The notes beneath the pieces were generated by a model, which saw only the letters and a list, made by a program, of their open reading frames with translations, did not search any database and was not told the origin of the DNA. The position numbers were made by a program, and so were the translations under genes. From assembly GCA_964348115.1 (NCBI GenBank), contig CAYGBY010000001.1:1-58940 (forward strand): DNA of 58,940 bases, read 5' to 3'. This DNA comes from an uncultured Pseudomonadales bacterium (lineage in GTDB: Bacteria; Pseudomonadota; Gammaproteobacteria; Pseudomonadales; Azotimanducaceae). The stretch's first letter is position 1, and every line of letters starts with the position of its first letter. Below are positions 9,073 to 20,010 of the stretch, piece by piece.

Positions 9073-10569
9073 ATGGCTGACAACTTCGTCGCCGACTTGG
9101 AGGCTGTCTTCGCCGCCAACCAGGCAAGGCCCTGCTTCCACTTGCCGGATGGCGGCATCTGGACGTTCGCCGATCTGCTGGACGCCGCGGCCCGCTTGGC
9201 GGGGGTGCTGCTGGACCTCGGCGTCAAGCCTGGGGAGCGGGTGCTGGCCCAAGTGGACAAGACGCCGGAAGCGGTGGCGCTGTATATCGCCACCCTTAAG
9301 ATCGGGGGCGTGTACGTGCCGCTCAACACCGCCTACACCAATGCGGAGGTGGCGTATTTTTTACGCGATGCGGCGCCGCGGGCATTCGTGCGCCAGCCGA
9401 CCGGGCTGTCACTGGCCACAGGCGCCAATCTTGCCGTGCTGCACCTGGGCGCCAAGGGCGGGGAGCTTCAGGATCGCATGGCCAAGGCCACAGCCTTCCA
9501 CGGCGTCGTTGCCCGCCATGGGGATGATCTGGCCGCCTTGGTCTACACCTCCGGCACCACGGGGCGCGCCAAGGGCGCCATGCTGACCCACCGCAACATT
9601 CGCAGCAACGCCCACGCCCTGCGCGAATGCTGGGGTTGGCGGGACGATGACGTGCTGCTGCACGCCTTGCCGATATTCCATGTGCACGGCCTGTTCATCG
9701 CCTTGCACTGCGCCCTGTTGGGGGCCACGCCGACCATCTTCCTGCCGCGCTTCGATGCGGCCGAGGTGCAGCGTCGCCTGCCCCAGGCCACGGTGATGAT
9801 GGGTGTGCCCACTTTCTATTCCCGCCTGCTCCGGCGGACGGACTTCGGGCATTCGCAATGCGCCGGAATGCGCCTGTTCATATCCGGGTCCGCCCCCCTT
9901 ACCGAGCAGGTCTTTCACGCTTGGGAGGCCCGCACCGGGCACCGCATCCTGGAGCGCTATGGCATGTCGGAGACCATCATCAACACCTCCAACCCCTTGC
10001 AAGGACCGCGTGTGCCCGGCACCGTGGGCTTTCCCCTGCCGGGGGTCGAGGTGCGCATCGCCGATGGGGAAGGGACCGTTCTGCCGCCAGGCGCGGTGGG
10101 CGGCATTGAAGTGCGGGGCGAAAACGTCTGCAAGGGCTACTGGCGCAGGCCGGACAAGACCGCTGCGGAATTCCGTCCCGACGGCTACTTCATCACGGGC
10201 GATCTGGGCCTGATGGACGCCGAGGGGCGTCTCTCCATTGTGGGAAGGAGCAAGGACCTGATCATCACCGGCGGCTACAACGTCTATCCGAAGGAGGTGG
10301 AGACCCTGCTTGATGCGCTCCCTGGCGTAGCGGAATCCGCGGTCATCGGCGCGCCCCATGCAGACTTCGGGGAAGCTGTGCTAGCCGTGGTGGCGCCCAG
10401 CGGCCCCGACCTTTCCTTGGCGCAGGTGAACGGGCATCTAAAGGACCGCCTAGCCCGCTTCAAGCAGCCCAAGGCGGTTGTGAACGTGGCGGCCCTGCCG
10501 CGCAACGTCATGGGCAAGGTGCAGAAAAGCCTGCTCAGGACGCAATTTGCGCAAGTTTTTGCGGATTGA
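9073..10569 (+). CDS. matB: malonyl-CoA synthetase-like AMP-dependent ligase
   Basis: 498-aa ORF. AMP-binding motif YTSGTTGRAKGAM, plus GGVYVPLNTAYT and GDLG..DAEGRLSIVGRSKD. Length and motifs fit the MatB subgroup. The symbol is tentative. Confidence 0.7.
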   Translation: MADNFVADLEAVFAANQARPCFHLPDGGIWTFADLLDAAARLAGVLLDLGVKPGERVLAQVDKTPEAVALYIATLKIGGVYVPLNTAYTNAEVAYFLRDAAPRAFVRQPTGLSLATGANLAVLHLGAKGGELQDRMAKATAFHGVVARHGDDLAALVYTSGTTGRAKGAMLTHRNIRSNAHALRECWGWRDDDVLLHALPIFHVHGLFIALHCALLGATPTIFLPRFDAAEVQRRLPQATVMMGVPTFYSRLLRRTDFGHSQCAGMRLFISGSAPLTEQVFHAWEARTGHRILERYGMSETIINTSNPLQGPRVPGTVGFPLPGVEVRIADGEGTVLPPGAVGGIEVRGENVCKGYWRRPDKTAAEFRPDGYFITGDLGLMDAEGRLSIVGRSKDLIITGGYNVYPKEVETLLDALPGVAESAVIGAPHADFGEAVLAVVAPSGPDLSLAQVNGHLKDRLARFKQPKAVVNVAALPRNVMGKVQKSLLRTQFAQVFAD

Positions 10570-10589
10570 GGAACAAAGCTTTCAGCCGG

Positions 10590-11309
10590 CTAGGGATCTT
10601 CCGCCACGCCATCCTGCGGCTTTTCCTTCTTGGCGAAGCGCGGCGCCAAGTGCGCCACCGCCTTGCGGGCCAGCAGGGGGAACAGGCCGAGCAGCGTAAA
10701 CGACAGGATCAGCGTGGGTGACAGAATGCCGGCCAGGCTCTCCAATTGCCCAAGTTCGCGTCCGGCGTTCACATAGACCAAGGTGCCGGCCAGCATCCCC
10801 AACTGGCTGACCCAGTAGAAGGTCCAGATCCTGATGGGTGAAAGCGCCATGCCCAAGTTGATGGCGAAGAAGGGGAAGGCCGGCACTAGGCGCAGCGCGA
10901 ACAGATAGAAGGCTCCGTCCTTGGCGATGCCTCTGTTGATGGGCGCCAGCCGTTCCTTGAAGCGCCTCTGCACAAGATCCCGAAATAGGTGGCGGGCTAG
11001 GGTGAAGGCCAGGGTCGCGCCTAGGGTGCTGGCGAATGACACCAGCAACACCCCCAAGCCCAACCCAAAGACGGCCCCGGCGGCCAGCGTCATGATGGTC
11101 GCTCCCGGCAGGGAAAGCCCGGTGATGGTGACGTACGCCGCCAAGTACGCAAGGATTGTGGTCCAGGGGTTCGCCTCGTGCAGCGCCACCGCCCGGGCGC
11201 GCTGCGCCTGCAGAAACTCAAGGCGCAAAAACTGCTGCAGGTCAAACGCAAAGAACAGGGCCACCGCCACGGCTACGGCGACCAGCACGACCAGCTTGGT
11301 CCGCTTCAT
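10590..11309 (-). CDS. TVP38/TMEM64 (DedA-related) family membrane protein
   Basis: The ATG at 11309 (MKRTKLVVLVAVAVAV) is preferred over the ORF-track start at 11516. Polytopic, with LRLVPAFPFFAINLGMAL typical of the family. Confidence 0.7.
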   Translation of the reverse strand: MKRTKLVVLVAVAVAVALFFAFDLQQFLRLEFLQAQRARAVALHEANPWTTILAYLAAYVTITGLSLPGATIMTLAAGAVFGLGLGVLLVSFASTLGATLAFTLARHLFRDLVQRRFKERLAPINRGIAKDGAFYLFALRLVPAFPFFAINLGMALSPIRIWTFYWVSQLGMLAGTLVYVNAGRELGQLESLAGILSPTLILSFTLLGLFPLLARKAVAHLAPRFAKKEKPQDGVAEDP

Positions 11310-11637
11310 CAGCTTGCTGAGGCCGCCCGCGCGACGCCGTTGGTGCGCGTTGCAACGGCGGATGAACGGACGCCTCGCTCCGGGCGCAAAAGGCTCGGCG
11401 CCCTCATCGCGGCTTTCGCTGCGCCCGGCGGGCTGGATGGGCTGGGAATCCTTGTTGGGAGTGGCTGTGCATGAAGAACTGCCTGTGCGGCCGTGGCTGG
11501 GCTCTGGCGACGCCAAGGGGGGAACTATAGCGCAGATTGCTTGGAATGGCCGCCCCGATTAGGGTGGGGAGCAGCGGCCGCCGAACTTGGAAGGAGCTCC
11601 TGTTTGCTGGATAGGGGGCGTTCACAAGGGGCAGGGG

Positions 11638-12405
11638 ATGTATCCTTGGCGTTGTTGGCGTGGTGACGCGGACCCTTTGGAGGTTGACGTGGCGAAGTGC
11701 GGCAAAGCGGCGGCTGTTGGCGGAAGCGGGCAGGCGCCTGTGGTGGTGAGCTTGGTGGTGCCGGTGCTGGATGATGCGGATGCCTTGCGCAGCTTGCTCG
11801 GCGCCTTAGGGGATGCGTTCTTTGAGGTCATCGTGGTGGATGGCGGCAGTGCGGATGCAAGCGTTGCGGTGGCGGAGCAGCTTGGCGCCACAGTGGTGTC
11901 CGGCAGCGCCAACCGCGGGCTGCAGTTGGATCTGGGGGTTCGCGCGGCTAAGGGCGAATGGATTTGGATGCTGCACGCGGACGCGGCGCCGTCCGCCGCC
12001 AATATGGAGGAGATTCGCGGCTTGTCGGCGCCGGGCTGGGGGCGTTTTGACATCCGGTTGGGCGCTGACTGGGGGTTGCGCATGGTGGCGGCGCTGATGA
12101 ACTGGCGTTCGGCTTGGTCGGGCATCTGCACGGGAGATCAGGGCATTTTCGTGCATCGCCACTTGCTGTGGGCCATTGGCGGCGTCCCTCGCCAGCCGCT
12201 GATGGAGGATATTGAACTCAGCAAGCGTCTGCGCCGGCTGGCCCGCCCGCTGCGCATGAACACGGTCTTGGACGCCTCCCCGCGCCGCTGGCGGCGGCGC
12301 GGCTTGGTGCGAACCATTTTGGGCATGTGGCGGCTGCGGCTTCACTACGCCTTGGGCGGCGCTCCGCAGGCATTGTACGCGCGCTATTACGGCGATTCCG
12401 GGTGA
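11638..12405 (+). CDS. family-2 glycosyltransferase (TIGR04283-like)
   Basis: VSLVVPVLDDADALRSLL..FEVIVVDGGSADAS matches a GT-A fold N-terminus. Paired with a DUF2064 gene downstream. Start uncertain (11587 or 11638). Confidence 0.65.
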   Translation: MYPWRCWRGDADPLEVDVAKCGKAAAVGGSGQAPVVVSLVVPVLDDADALRSLLGALGDAFFEVIVVDGGSADASVAVAEQLGATVVSGSANRGLQLDLGVRAAKGEWIWMLHADAAPSAANMEEIRGLSAPGWGRFDIRLGADWGLRMVAALMNWRSAWSGICTGDQGIFVHRHLLWAIGGVPRQPLMEDIELSKRLRRLARPLRMNTVLDASPRRWRRRGLVRTILGMWRLRLHYALGGAPQALYARYYGDSG

Positions 12406-12443
12406 CGCTGCCGGGCTGTTGGGCGTAGCGGCAGGTTCGCGCA

Positions 12444-13112
12444 GTGCGGCCCCTTCGTCTGTGCGTGTTCGTCAAGGCGCCGGAACCCGGAAAGGTCAAG
12501 GGTCGTCTGGCCGTGCGGCTCGGCGCGCGCCAAGCCTGCGCCGCCTATGAGGAACTGGCGGAGCACTGTTTGGCCGCGCTGTCGGCAAGCGCTGCGCCCA
12601 AGGAGCTTTGGGTCGCCGGCGGCGTCGGCCATCGGAAAATTCAGATGTGGGCGCAGCGGTTCGGCTTTCCGCTGCGCCCGCAGCCCGCGGGGGATCTGGG
12701 CGCTAGGATGCTGGCCGCCATCGAGTCCTGCCGTCAGGCGGACCGGGCGGCAATGGTGGTGGGCAGCGATCTGCCGGAGCTGAATGCCGCCTATGTGGCC
12801 CACGCTTGCGCCGCCCTGCGCAGCCATGATGTGGTGCTTGGCCCGGCGGAGGATGGCGGCTATGGGCTGATCGGCATGCACGAGCCTATGCCGGAGCTGT
12901 TTGCGGACATGCCTTGGGGAACGCCGCTGGTGCTGTCGGAGACTAGACGCAGGGCCGCTCGCCTGGGGCTGCGCTTGGCGCAGGCCCCCTTGCTATGGGA
13001 TGTGGATGACTTGGCCGATTGGCGGCGCTTTCGGGCGTTGAAGCGGCGCCTTTGCGGCCAACCCGCATTTCGCGCCGGCGGCAACCTTCAGGATTGCCGG
13101 CCAACGCGCTGA
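12444..13112 (+). CDS. DUF2064/TIGR04282-family glycosyltransferase-like protein
   Basis: 222-aa ORF with a GTG start. The N-terminus LCVFVKAPEPGKVKGRLA is the family hallmark. Confidence 0.65.
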   Translation: MRPLRLCVFVKAPEPGKVKGRLAVRLGARQACAAYEELAEHCLAALSASAAPKELWVAGGVGHRKIQMWAQRFGFPLRPQPAGDLGARMLAAIESCRQADRAAMVVGSDLPELNAAYVAHACAALRSHDVVLGPAEDGGYGLIGMHEPMPELFADMPWGTPLVLSETRRRAARLGLRLAQAPLLWDVDDLADWRRFRALKRRLCGQPAFRAGGNLQDCRPTR

Positions 13113-13549
13113 AAAGGCGCCGCCCTCAGCGCCGCATCCAACGGCTTGGCGCTGGCGCAGCTTGCCTCCTGACGGATGCGCGCCACCATGGCCCGCAGGC
13201 CGTTGCCCCGGGTCTGGCTTAGGTGGCTCAGCAGGTCCAACTGGGCGAACAGTCCCTCCATGTCGAAGGTGCGGATTTCCTCCGGCGGCTTGTCCTGAAG
13301 GGCGGCCAGCACGATGGCTATCAGGCCGCGCACGATCTGCGCGTCGCTGTCGATGGAGAAGTGCATGGTCGCGCCGCGCATCTCCACCACCAGCCAGACT
13401 TGGCTTTGGCAGCCCCGCACTAGGTTGGCCGGGGTCTTGCACGCTTCGTCCAGCGGCGGCAGCGTCTTGCCCAAGTCTATGATGAAACGGTATTTGTCCT
13501 CCCAATCCTGGAAGAAGGCGAAGGCGTCCTGAATGTCGGCAAGCTGCAT
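13088..13549 (-). CDS. sufE: cysteine desulfuration protein SufE
   Basis: FFQDWEDKYRFIIDLGK..L......NLVRGCQSQVWL is the SufE/CsdE signature, including the active Cys. Last gene of the suf cluster. Confidence 0.85.
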   Translation of the reverse strand: MQLADIQDAFAFFQDWEDKYRFIIDLGKTLPPLDEACKTPANLVRGCQSQVWLVVEMRGATMHFSIDSDAQIVRGLIAIVLAALQDKPPEEIRTFDMEGLFAQLDLLSHLSQTRGNGLRAMVARIRQEASCASAKPLDAALRAAPFQRVGRQS

Positions 13550-13559
13550 GGCCGCGCTC

Positions 13560-14084
13560 CTAGTAAAGGCCGAGTTCGAGCTGTGCTTCCTCGCTCATGC
13601 GTTCCCGGGACCAGGGCGGCTCGAACACCAACTCCACCTGCACGTCGGTGACATGGGGCACCTGGCCGATGCGGGCCTTCACCTCATCCACCAACACCGG
13701 CCCCATGCCGCAGCCCGGCGCGGTGAGGGTCATCTGCACCGACACCCGCCCTTCGGCAATGGTGCGCTGGTAAATGAGGCCCAGATCCACGATGTTGACC
13801 GGAATTTCCGGGTCGAAGACGCTGCGCAGGGCGGCGTCCACCTGCGTCGCATCCACCTTGCCATCGGCCGGCGGCTGGAATGCAAGCACTTCCGGCACAA
13901 GCCCCAAGGCATCCGCATCGGCGCTGTCCAACCGGGCCATGTTGCCATTAAAGACGATGGTGTAGCTGCCGCCCAGGCTCTGCGTCAGGGTGACGAAGGC
14001 GCCCTTGGGGATGGCCACCGCATCTCCGGTGGGCACCAGCTTGCCCTGCACGGTGCGGCTGACTGGGAGGATGCGCCTTTCCAT
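13560..14084 (-). CDS. sufT: SUF-system Fe-S assembly protein SufT (DUF59)
   Basis: 174-aa ORF. DUF59 core VFDPEIPVNIVDLGLIY...TLTAPGCGMG, in suf operon context. Confidence 0.75.
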   Translation of the reverse strand: MERRILPVSRTVQGKLVPTGDAVAIPKGAFVTLTQSLGGSYTIVFNGNMARLDSADADALGLVPEVLAFQPPADGKVDATQVDAALRSVFDPEIPVNIVDLGLIYQRTIAEGRVSVQMTLTAPGCGMGPVLVDEVKARIGQVPHVTDVQVELVFEPPWSRERMSEEAQLELGLY

Positions 14085-14171
14085 GGGCTCAGCGCCTTGG
14101 CGCGGCGTCCGGCGCCTGGGTGCGTGGCCGCGCCGCCTTGGGCGTCCGCAAGGATGCGCCGCACATCAAGG

Positions 14172-14531
14172 CTATCCCTTGCCGCCTAGGGAGAAGCTTT
14201 CGCCGCAGCCGCAATGGGCGGTGGCGTTTGGGTTTTTGAACCTCAGGCTGCTGTTCAGGCCCTCTGTCACCAGATCTACCTCCGTGCCCCGCACCAAGGG
14301 CAGTTCCGCCCCGCGCACGTAAACGCATAGCCCCGGCGCCACCTCGAAGGCTTGATCATCGCCTTGCGGCGCGTCTATGTAGTCCAGGGTGTACATGTAG
14401 CCGTTGCAGCCGCTCTCCTTAACGCCCAAGCGCAGATGCTGTTGGCCGGACCGGGCGACTTGGCTGCTGATGTGTCGGGCGGCGGCGGGGGTGGCGGCGA
14501 TGCCGACGGGGTTGAAAGTGGCTACGCTCAT
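14172..14531 (-). CDS. sufA: A-type Fe-S carrier (SufA/IscA family)
   Basis: 119-aa ORF with GCNGY and a C-terminal CGCGESF motif. Confidence 0.85.
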   Translation of the reverse strand: MSVATFNPVGIAATPAAARHISSQVARSGQQHLRLGVKESGCNGYMYTLDYIDAPQGDDQAFEVAPGLCVYVRGAELPLVRGTEVDLVTEGLNSSLRFKNPNATAHCGCGESFSLGGKG

Positions 14532-14597
14532 GGTGATTTCTCGCTTGTGGATTGGTTGTCTGGCTTGCCGATGCCTGCACAGGCGCCTCTGGGCGAC

Positions 14598-15809
14598 TTA
14601 CATGACCTTGATGGCCTTCTCAACGCCGATGATGAGCCGCTCCACGTCTTCGGCTGCATTATACAGGGCGAAGGAGGCGCGGATGGTGCCGGAGACGCCT
14701 AGGCGCGCCATCAGGGGCATGGCGCAATGGTGTCCGGTGCGCACGGCGACCCCTTGCTGGTCCAGCAGGGTGCCGAAGTCGTGGGCGTGGCCGCCTTCCA
14801 CCAGAAAGGAGATGATGGATAGCCGTTGCCCGGGTTCGCCGATGATGCGTACGCCGGGCGTCTGTTTAAGGCGGCTGAGGGCTAGGGTGACGAGCCCATC
14901 CTCCCGCCTTAGCAGGTCTTGGCGTGGCAGGGCGCTGAGGTAGTCTATGGCCGCTCCGAAGCCGATGGCGCCAGCGATGTGGGGAGTGCCGGCCTCGAAT
15001 TTGTAGGGCAACTGGTTGTAGGTGGTCCGCTCGATGGCCACGTGCTCGATCATTTCGCCCCCGCCCTGGTAGGGGGGCATGGCCTCCAGCAGGTCAGCCT
15101 TGCCATAAAGCGCCCCAATCCCTGTGGGGCCAAGCATCTTGTGGGCGGAGAAGGCGTAGAAGTCGCAATCAAGGACAGCCACGTCCACCGGCAAATGCTG
15201 CACCGCTTGGGCGCCATCGATGAGCGTCAGGGCGCCTTGGGCCTGGGCGGCTTGAATCAGCGCCGGCACCGGGTTAACCGTGCCCAGCGCGTTGCTGACA
15301 TGGCCGAACGCGGCCAGCTTGGTGCGTTTGCTGAGCTTGGCGTGGAAGTCCGCCAAGTCCAGCTCCCCTTCCGGCGTCACCCGGCACGCCACCAGTTTCG
15401 CGCCGCTGCGCTGGCAGAGCATTTGCCAAGGCACGATGTTGGAGTGGTGCTCCATTTCCGTGATGAGGATTTCGTCGCCTGCGGCGAGGCGGCCCGTCAG
15501 GCTGGACGCCACTAGGTTGATGGCCTCCGTCGTGCCCCGCGTGAAGATGATCTCCCGCCGGTCCGCTGCGCCGATGAAATGGCGCACCTTGTCCCGTGCC
15601 GCTTCCATGGCGGCGGTGGCCTCGTCCGCCAAGGCGTGGGCGGCGCGATGCACGTTGGCGTTGCGCCGTTCATAGTAGCGCTGGATGGCTTCGATGACCG
15701 GGCGCGGCTTCTGGGTGGTGGCGGCGTTGTCCAGATAGGTCAGGGGGGCGCCGTTGACCTGTCGGGCGAGAATGGGGAATTCGCTGCGGATGCTTGCCTC
15801 GTCGCCCAT
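14598..15809 (-). CDS. sufS: cysteine desulfurase SufS
   Basis: 403-aa ORF. PLTYLDNAATTQKP, the PLP lysine region FSAHKMLGPTGIG, and the active-site loop RTGHHCAMPL. Confidence 0.9.
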   Translation of the reverse strand: MGDEASIRSEFPILARQVNGAPLTYLDNAATTQKPRPVIEAIQRYYERRNANVHRAAHALADEATAAMEAARDKVRHFIGAADRREIIFTRGTTEAINLVASSLTGRLAAGDEILITEMEHHSNIVPWQMLCQRSGAKLVACRVTPEGELDLADFHAKLSKRTKLAAFGHVSNALGTVNPVPALIQAAQAQGALTLIDGAQAVQHLPVDVAVLDCDFYAFSAHKMLGPTGIGALYGKADLLEAMPPYQGGGEMIEHVAIERTTYNQLPYKFEAGTPHIAGAIGFGAAIDYLSALPRQDLLRREDGLVTLALSRLKQTPGVRIIGEPGQRLSIISFLVEGGHAHDFGTLLDQQGVAVRTGHHCAMPLMARLGVSGTIRASFALYNAAEDVERLIIGVEKAIKVM

Positions 15810-15810
15810 C

Positions 15811-17091
15811 TCATGCCTCGTCGCCCAAGGAGATGCGCGCCGTCAAGGCATCGGCGGTTTGCGCCGCGAAGGGTCCGGCCAAGGCGTCGCGCAGGAAGCC
15901 CATGCACAGCAGCCCCTTGGCGGTGGAGGGGGGCAGGCCCCGGCTTAGCAGGTAGAACAGGGCTTGCGCATCCAACTGGCCGACCGTGGCGCCGTGGGCG
16001 CAGCGCACATCGTCATTGTAGATCTCCAGCTCCGGCTTGGTGTTGATCTCCGCGTCGCGGTCCAGGGCAAGGTTGCGGTTGGATAGATCCGCGTCCGCGC
16101 CAGCGGCCCCCGGATGGATGTGGATGCGGCCGTTGAAGTTGACACGGGCCTTGGTTGCATTGGAGAGGCCGTTGCTTGAAGGGACGGCGTCCGCTCCGCC
16201 TGCGCCCATGCCCAAGTTGTGCTGCTTCACGCGGCTGTAGGTGTTGCGGCCCACATGCTCCACCACAAGTTGCTGGTCCAGATGCGCGCCTGCGCTGGCC
16301 AGGGCGGCGCCGATGCTGGTGAACCTTGCGCCTTGGCCGTGCAGGCGCACATGGAGATCCAGGCGTCGAAAGGCGCAGGCTGCGGTGTGCAGGTGCAGAT
16401 CGAGGGTGGCGTTGTCTGCCAGACGGGCCTGCAGGAGGGACCAATTTGAGCATTCCGGCGCCAAGGTGCTGTGCGACCACTGCGCTTGGGCATCCCGGGC
16501 CAGCGACAGCAACAGCACCTGCGCCGATATGGTTTGCCGGCCTGCCGATGCGGCTTCGCTGTCCCGCCGTTCGCTGTGCAGTTCCCGTGCGGGAGCGGAG
16601 CCCGCACCCTGCTGGCCTGGCGCAGCTTCCCCATCCAGGCTGGGGTTGGCGGGCTCCTCCTGTTCAATGCTCAGGCGGCAGCCCGGCGCCACCTGCAGCA
16701 GCACAACCTCGGCGGCGCCCGCCGGAGCGGGGTTCAGCCGCAGAGGTCGTTCGGGGTTGCTGCGAACCTCGATCAGCCAACCATTCCGGGCCTTGGCGGC
16801 GGCAATGCCGGCCAAGGGGTAGCGCTCCAGGTCGCAGTGGATGTCCGGCGCCGCGGGCAGTTCGCTGAAGCGGCGCATGGAGACCTGTTTGGGCACCGAC
16901 GCCAAAGGCGTCCAGAGGGCTTGTGGGCTGTTGAGCAGGGCTTGCGTCACCTTGGCCAGTGGGGAGTATTTCCAAGTCTCCCGCGCCAGTTTGCTGGCAA
17001 GCGCCTGTCGGCAGCGGGCCAAGGCCGCATCCCCCAGCCAAGCTGGGAAATGCAGCGCCCCCATGCCGGGAGAGGCTATTCCGAAAGCCAT
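15811..17091 (-). CDS. sufD: Fe-S cluster assembly protein SufD
   Basis: 426-aa ORF. The C-terminal region PELEIYNDDVRCAHGATVGQLDAQALFYLLSRGL is typical of SufD/SufB. Sits between sufC and sufS. Confidence 0.85.
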   Translation of the reverse strand: MAFGIASPGMGALHFPAWLGDAALARCRQALASKLARETWKYSPLAKVTQALLNSPQALWTPLASVPKQVSMRRFSELPAAPDIHCDLERYPLAGIAAAKARNGWLIEVRSNPERPLRLNPAPAGAAEVVLLQVAPGCRLSIEQEEPANPSLDGEAAPGQQGAGSAPARELHSERRDSEAASAGRQTISAQVLLLSLARDAQAQWSHSTLAPECSNWSLLQARLADNATLDLHLHTAACAFRRLDLHVRLHGQGARFTSIGAALASAGAHLDQQLVVEHVGRNTYSRVKQHNLGMGAGGADAVPSSNGLSNATKARVNFNGRIHIHPGAAGADADLSNRNLALDRDAEINTKPELEIYNDDVRCAHGATVGQLDAQALFYLLSRGLPPSTAKGLLCMGFLRDALAGPFAAQTADALTARISLGDEA

Positions 17092-17818
17092 GCGTAGCCA
17101 CGCTCCTCCAGCTTCAACGCCAGCGCCGCATCGCCGCTCTCCACGATGCGGCCGTCGCTCAGCACGTGCACCCGGTCGGCGACGATGTGGTTCAACAGGC
17201 GCTGATAGTGGGTGATCAGCAGCACGCCGTTGCTTGCGTTGCGGAAGCGGTTCACGCCCGCGGCGACAATCCGCAGCGCATCTATGTCCAAGCCGGAGTC
17301 CGTTTCGTCCAGCACCGCCAGCTTGGGCGCAAGCAGCAGCATTTGCAGAATCTCGTTGCGCTTCTTCTCCCCGCCGCTGAAGCCCTCGTTGACGCCGCGC
17401 TTGAGGAACTCCGGTTTCAGCGCCAGGCTGTTGCTGAGGGTGCGCACACGTTTCATGAAGGCGATGGTTGGCTCGCTTTCTTGACCTAGCGCCTTGCGGT
17501 GGCTGTCCGCAGCGGCCTTGAGGAACTCCATGTTGCTGACGCCCGGAATCTCCACTGGGTATTGGAAGGCCAGGAACAGGCCCGCCTGGGCGCGGGCTTC
17601 CGGCGCGGCATCCTGCAAGGGTTGGCCAGCGAAGGACAGTGCGCCGCTGCTGACTGCGTAGCCCGGCCGCCCGGCCAGGACGTTGGCCAAGGTGCTCTTG
17701 CCGGAGCCGTTCGGCCCCATGATGGCGTGCACCTCGCCCGGATGGACGGACAGGTTCAGTCCCTTGAGGATGGCCTTGCCGTCCACCTGCACATGCAGGT
17801 CACGCACTTCCAGCAAAC

Positions 17819-17822
<4 letters not shown>
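17076..17822 (-). CDS. sufC: Fe-S cluster assembly ATPase SufC
   Basis: The ATG at 17822 ([11 protein letters not shown]) overlaps the sufB stop by 4 nt. Walker [10 protein letters not shown], signature FSGGEKKR, Walker [13 protein letters not shown]. Confidence 0.9.
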
Positions 17823-19276
<1,454 letters not shown>

Positions 19277-19301
19277 GTTGGCATTGTATCGCTGTCGCCG
19301 C

Positions 19302-19330
19302 TAATACCCAAGTAAAATGGTCGGGTATTA
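19302..19330. promoter_or_regulatory. perfect inverted repeat upstream of sufB (candidate IscR/other operator)
   Basis: TAATACCC-N13-GGGTATTA lies 26-54 nt upstream of the sufB ATG, in the sufB / DUF2784 divergent region. It resembles the IscR type-2 half sites (A.A.CCC ... GGG.T.TA) but with a 2-nt longer spacer. Confidence 0.4.
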
Positions 19331-19403
19331 TGACGTCTAGGAACTTGCGCCTTGGTTCGCGCAGCGTTGCCGACAGCCAAGGGCGGAGCAAGTGGGGTGC
19401 TGA

Positions 19404-19805
19404 ATGGGATATCGCCTAGCTGCTGAGGCAGTCGTGCTGCTGCACGGCGCCTTCATCCTGTTCGTGGTCTTGGGCGGCCTGCTGGCCCTGCGTTGGCGCT
19501 GGGTCGCCGCGGTGCATTTGCCCGCCGCCCTGTGGGGCGTTTTGGTGCAGGCCGCTGGCTGGGTGTGCCCGCTGACGCCGCTGGAGGTGGAACTGCGCAT
19601 CGCCGCCGGCAGCGCTGGCTATGAGGGCGGATTCATCGAACACTACCTAATTCCAGCCATCTATCCGGTTGGGCTGACTAGATGCGCTCAATACGTCCTC
19701 GCCAGCTTGGTGTTAGCCGTCAACCTTGCCGTGTACGGCGTTTGGCTGAAGTCTGTTGGCAGCGCCGGCAAGGCCGCTCCCAAGGGCCAAAAGGGCCACG
19801 AATAA
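19404..19805 (+). CDS. DUF2784-family membrane protein
   Basis: 133-aa ORF. LLHGAFILFVVLGGLL...WVCPLTPLE is typical of DUF2784. The last ~8 codons are encoded by a MITE-C fragment. Confidence 0.6.
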   Translation: MGYRLAAEAVVLLHGAFILFVVLGGLLALRWRWVAAVHLPAALWGVLVQAAGWVCPLTPLEVELRIAAGSAGYEGGFIEHYLIPAIYPVGLTRCAQYVLASLVLAVNLAVYGVWLKSVGSAGKAAPKGQKGHE

Positions 19806-19833
19806 TCACGCTTACTTGCGGGACAGCACACTA
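19779..19833. mobile_element. MITE family C, terminal fragment
   Basis: GGCCAAAAGGGCCACGAATAATCACGCTTACTTGCGGGACAGCACACTA is the reverse complement of the left end of 29346-29510. Confidence 0.65.
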
Positions 19834-19988
19834 AGGAACCTCTGAACAAGTCGTGTTTGCCCAGCACCCCGCCATTTGCGGCGGGAGATGGCGTTGCGGC
19901 CTTGGGAGGGCGACCCGCAGCGCGGTGGAATTCCACAGTCCGCCCGCCGCGGGGCGCCCTTCGGGAGGGCCTAAAGGGCGCGCCAGCT
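19834..19988. mobile_element. MITE family B, left portion
   Basis: Starts with AGGAACCTCTGAACAAGTCG and follows the 42998-43258 copy through GGGAGATGGCGTTGCGGCC and CCCTTCGGGAGGGCCTAAAGGGCGCGC. It is truncated next to the stop of the 20011 gene. Confidence 0.65.
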
Positions 19989-20010
19989 AGCCCGCAGGTC
20001 GAAGGGGCGG

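Noticed and set aside
8065-9252. 395-aa minus-strand ORF spanning the MITEs, the TPR gene and the matB start.
   Set aside because: It runs through repeat elements and is antisense to two good genes. Its low-complexity composition marks it as a GC shadow ORF.
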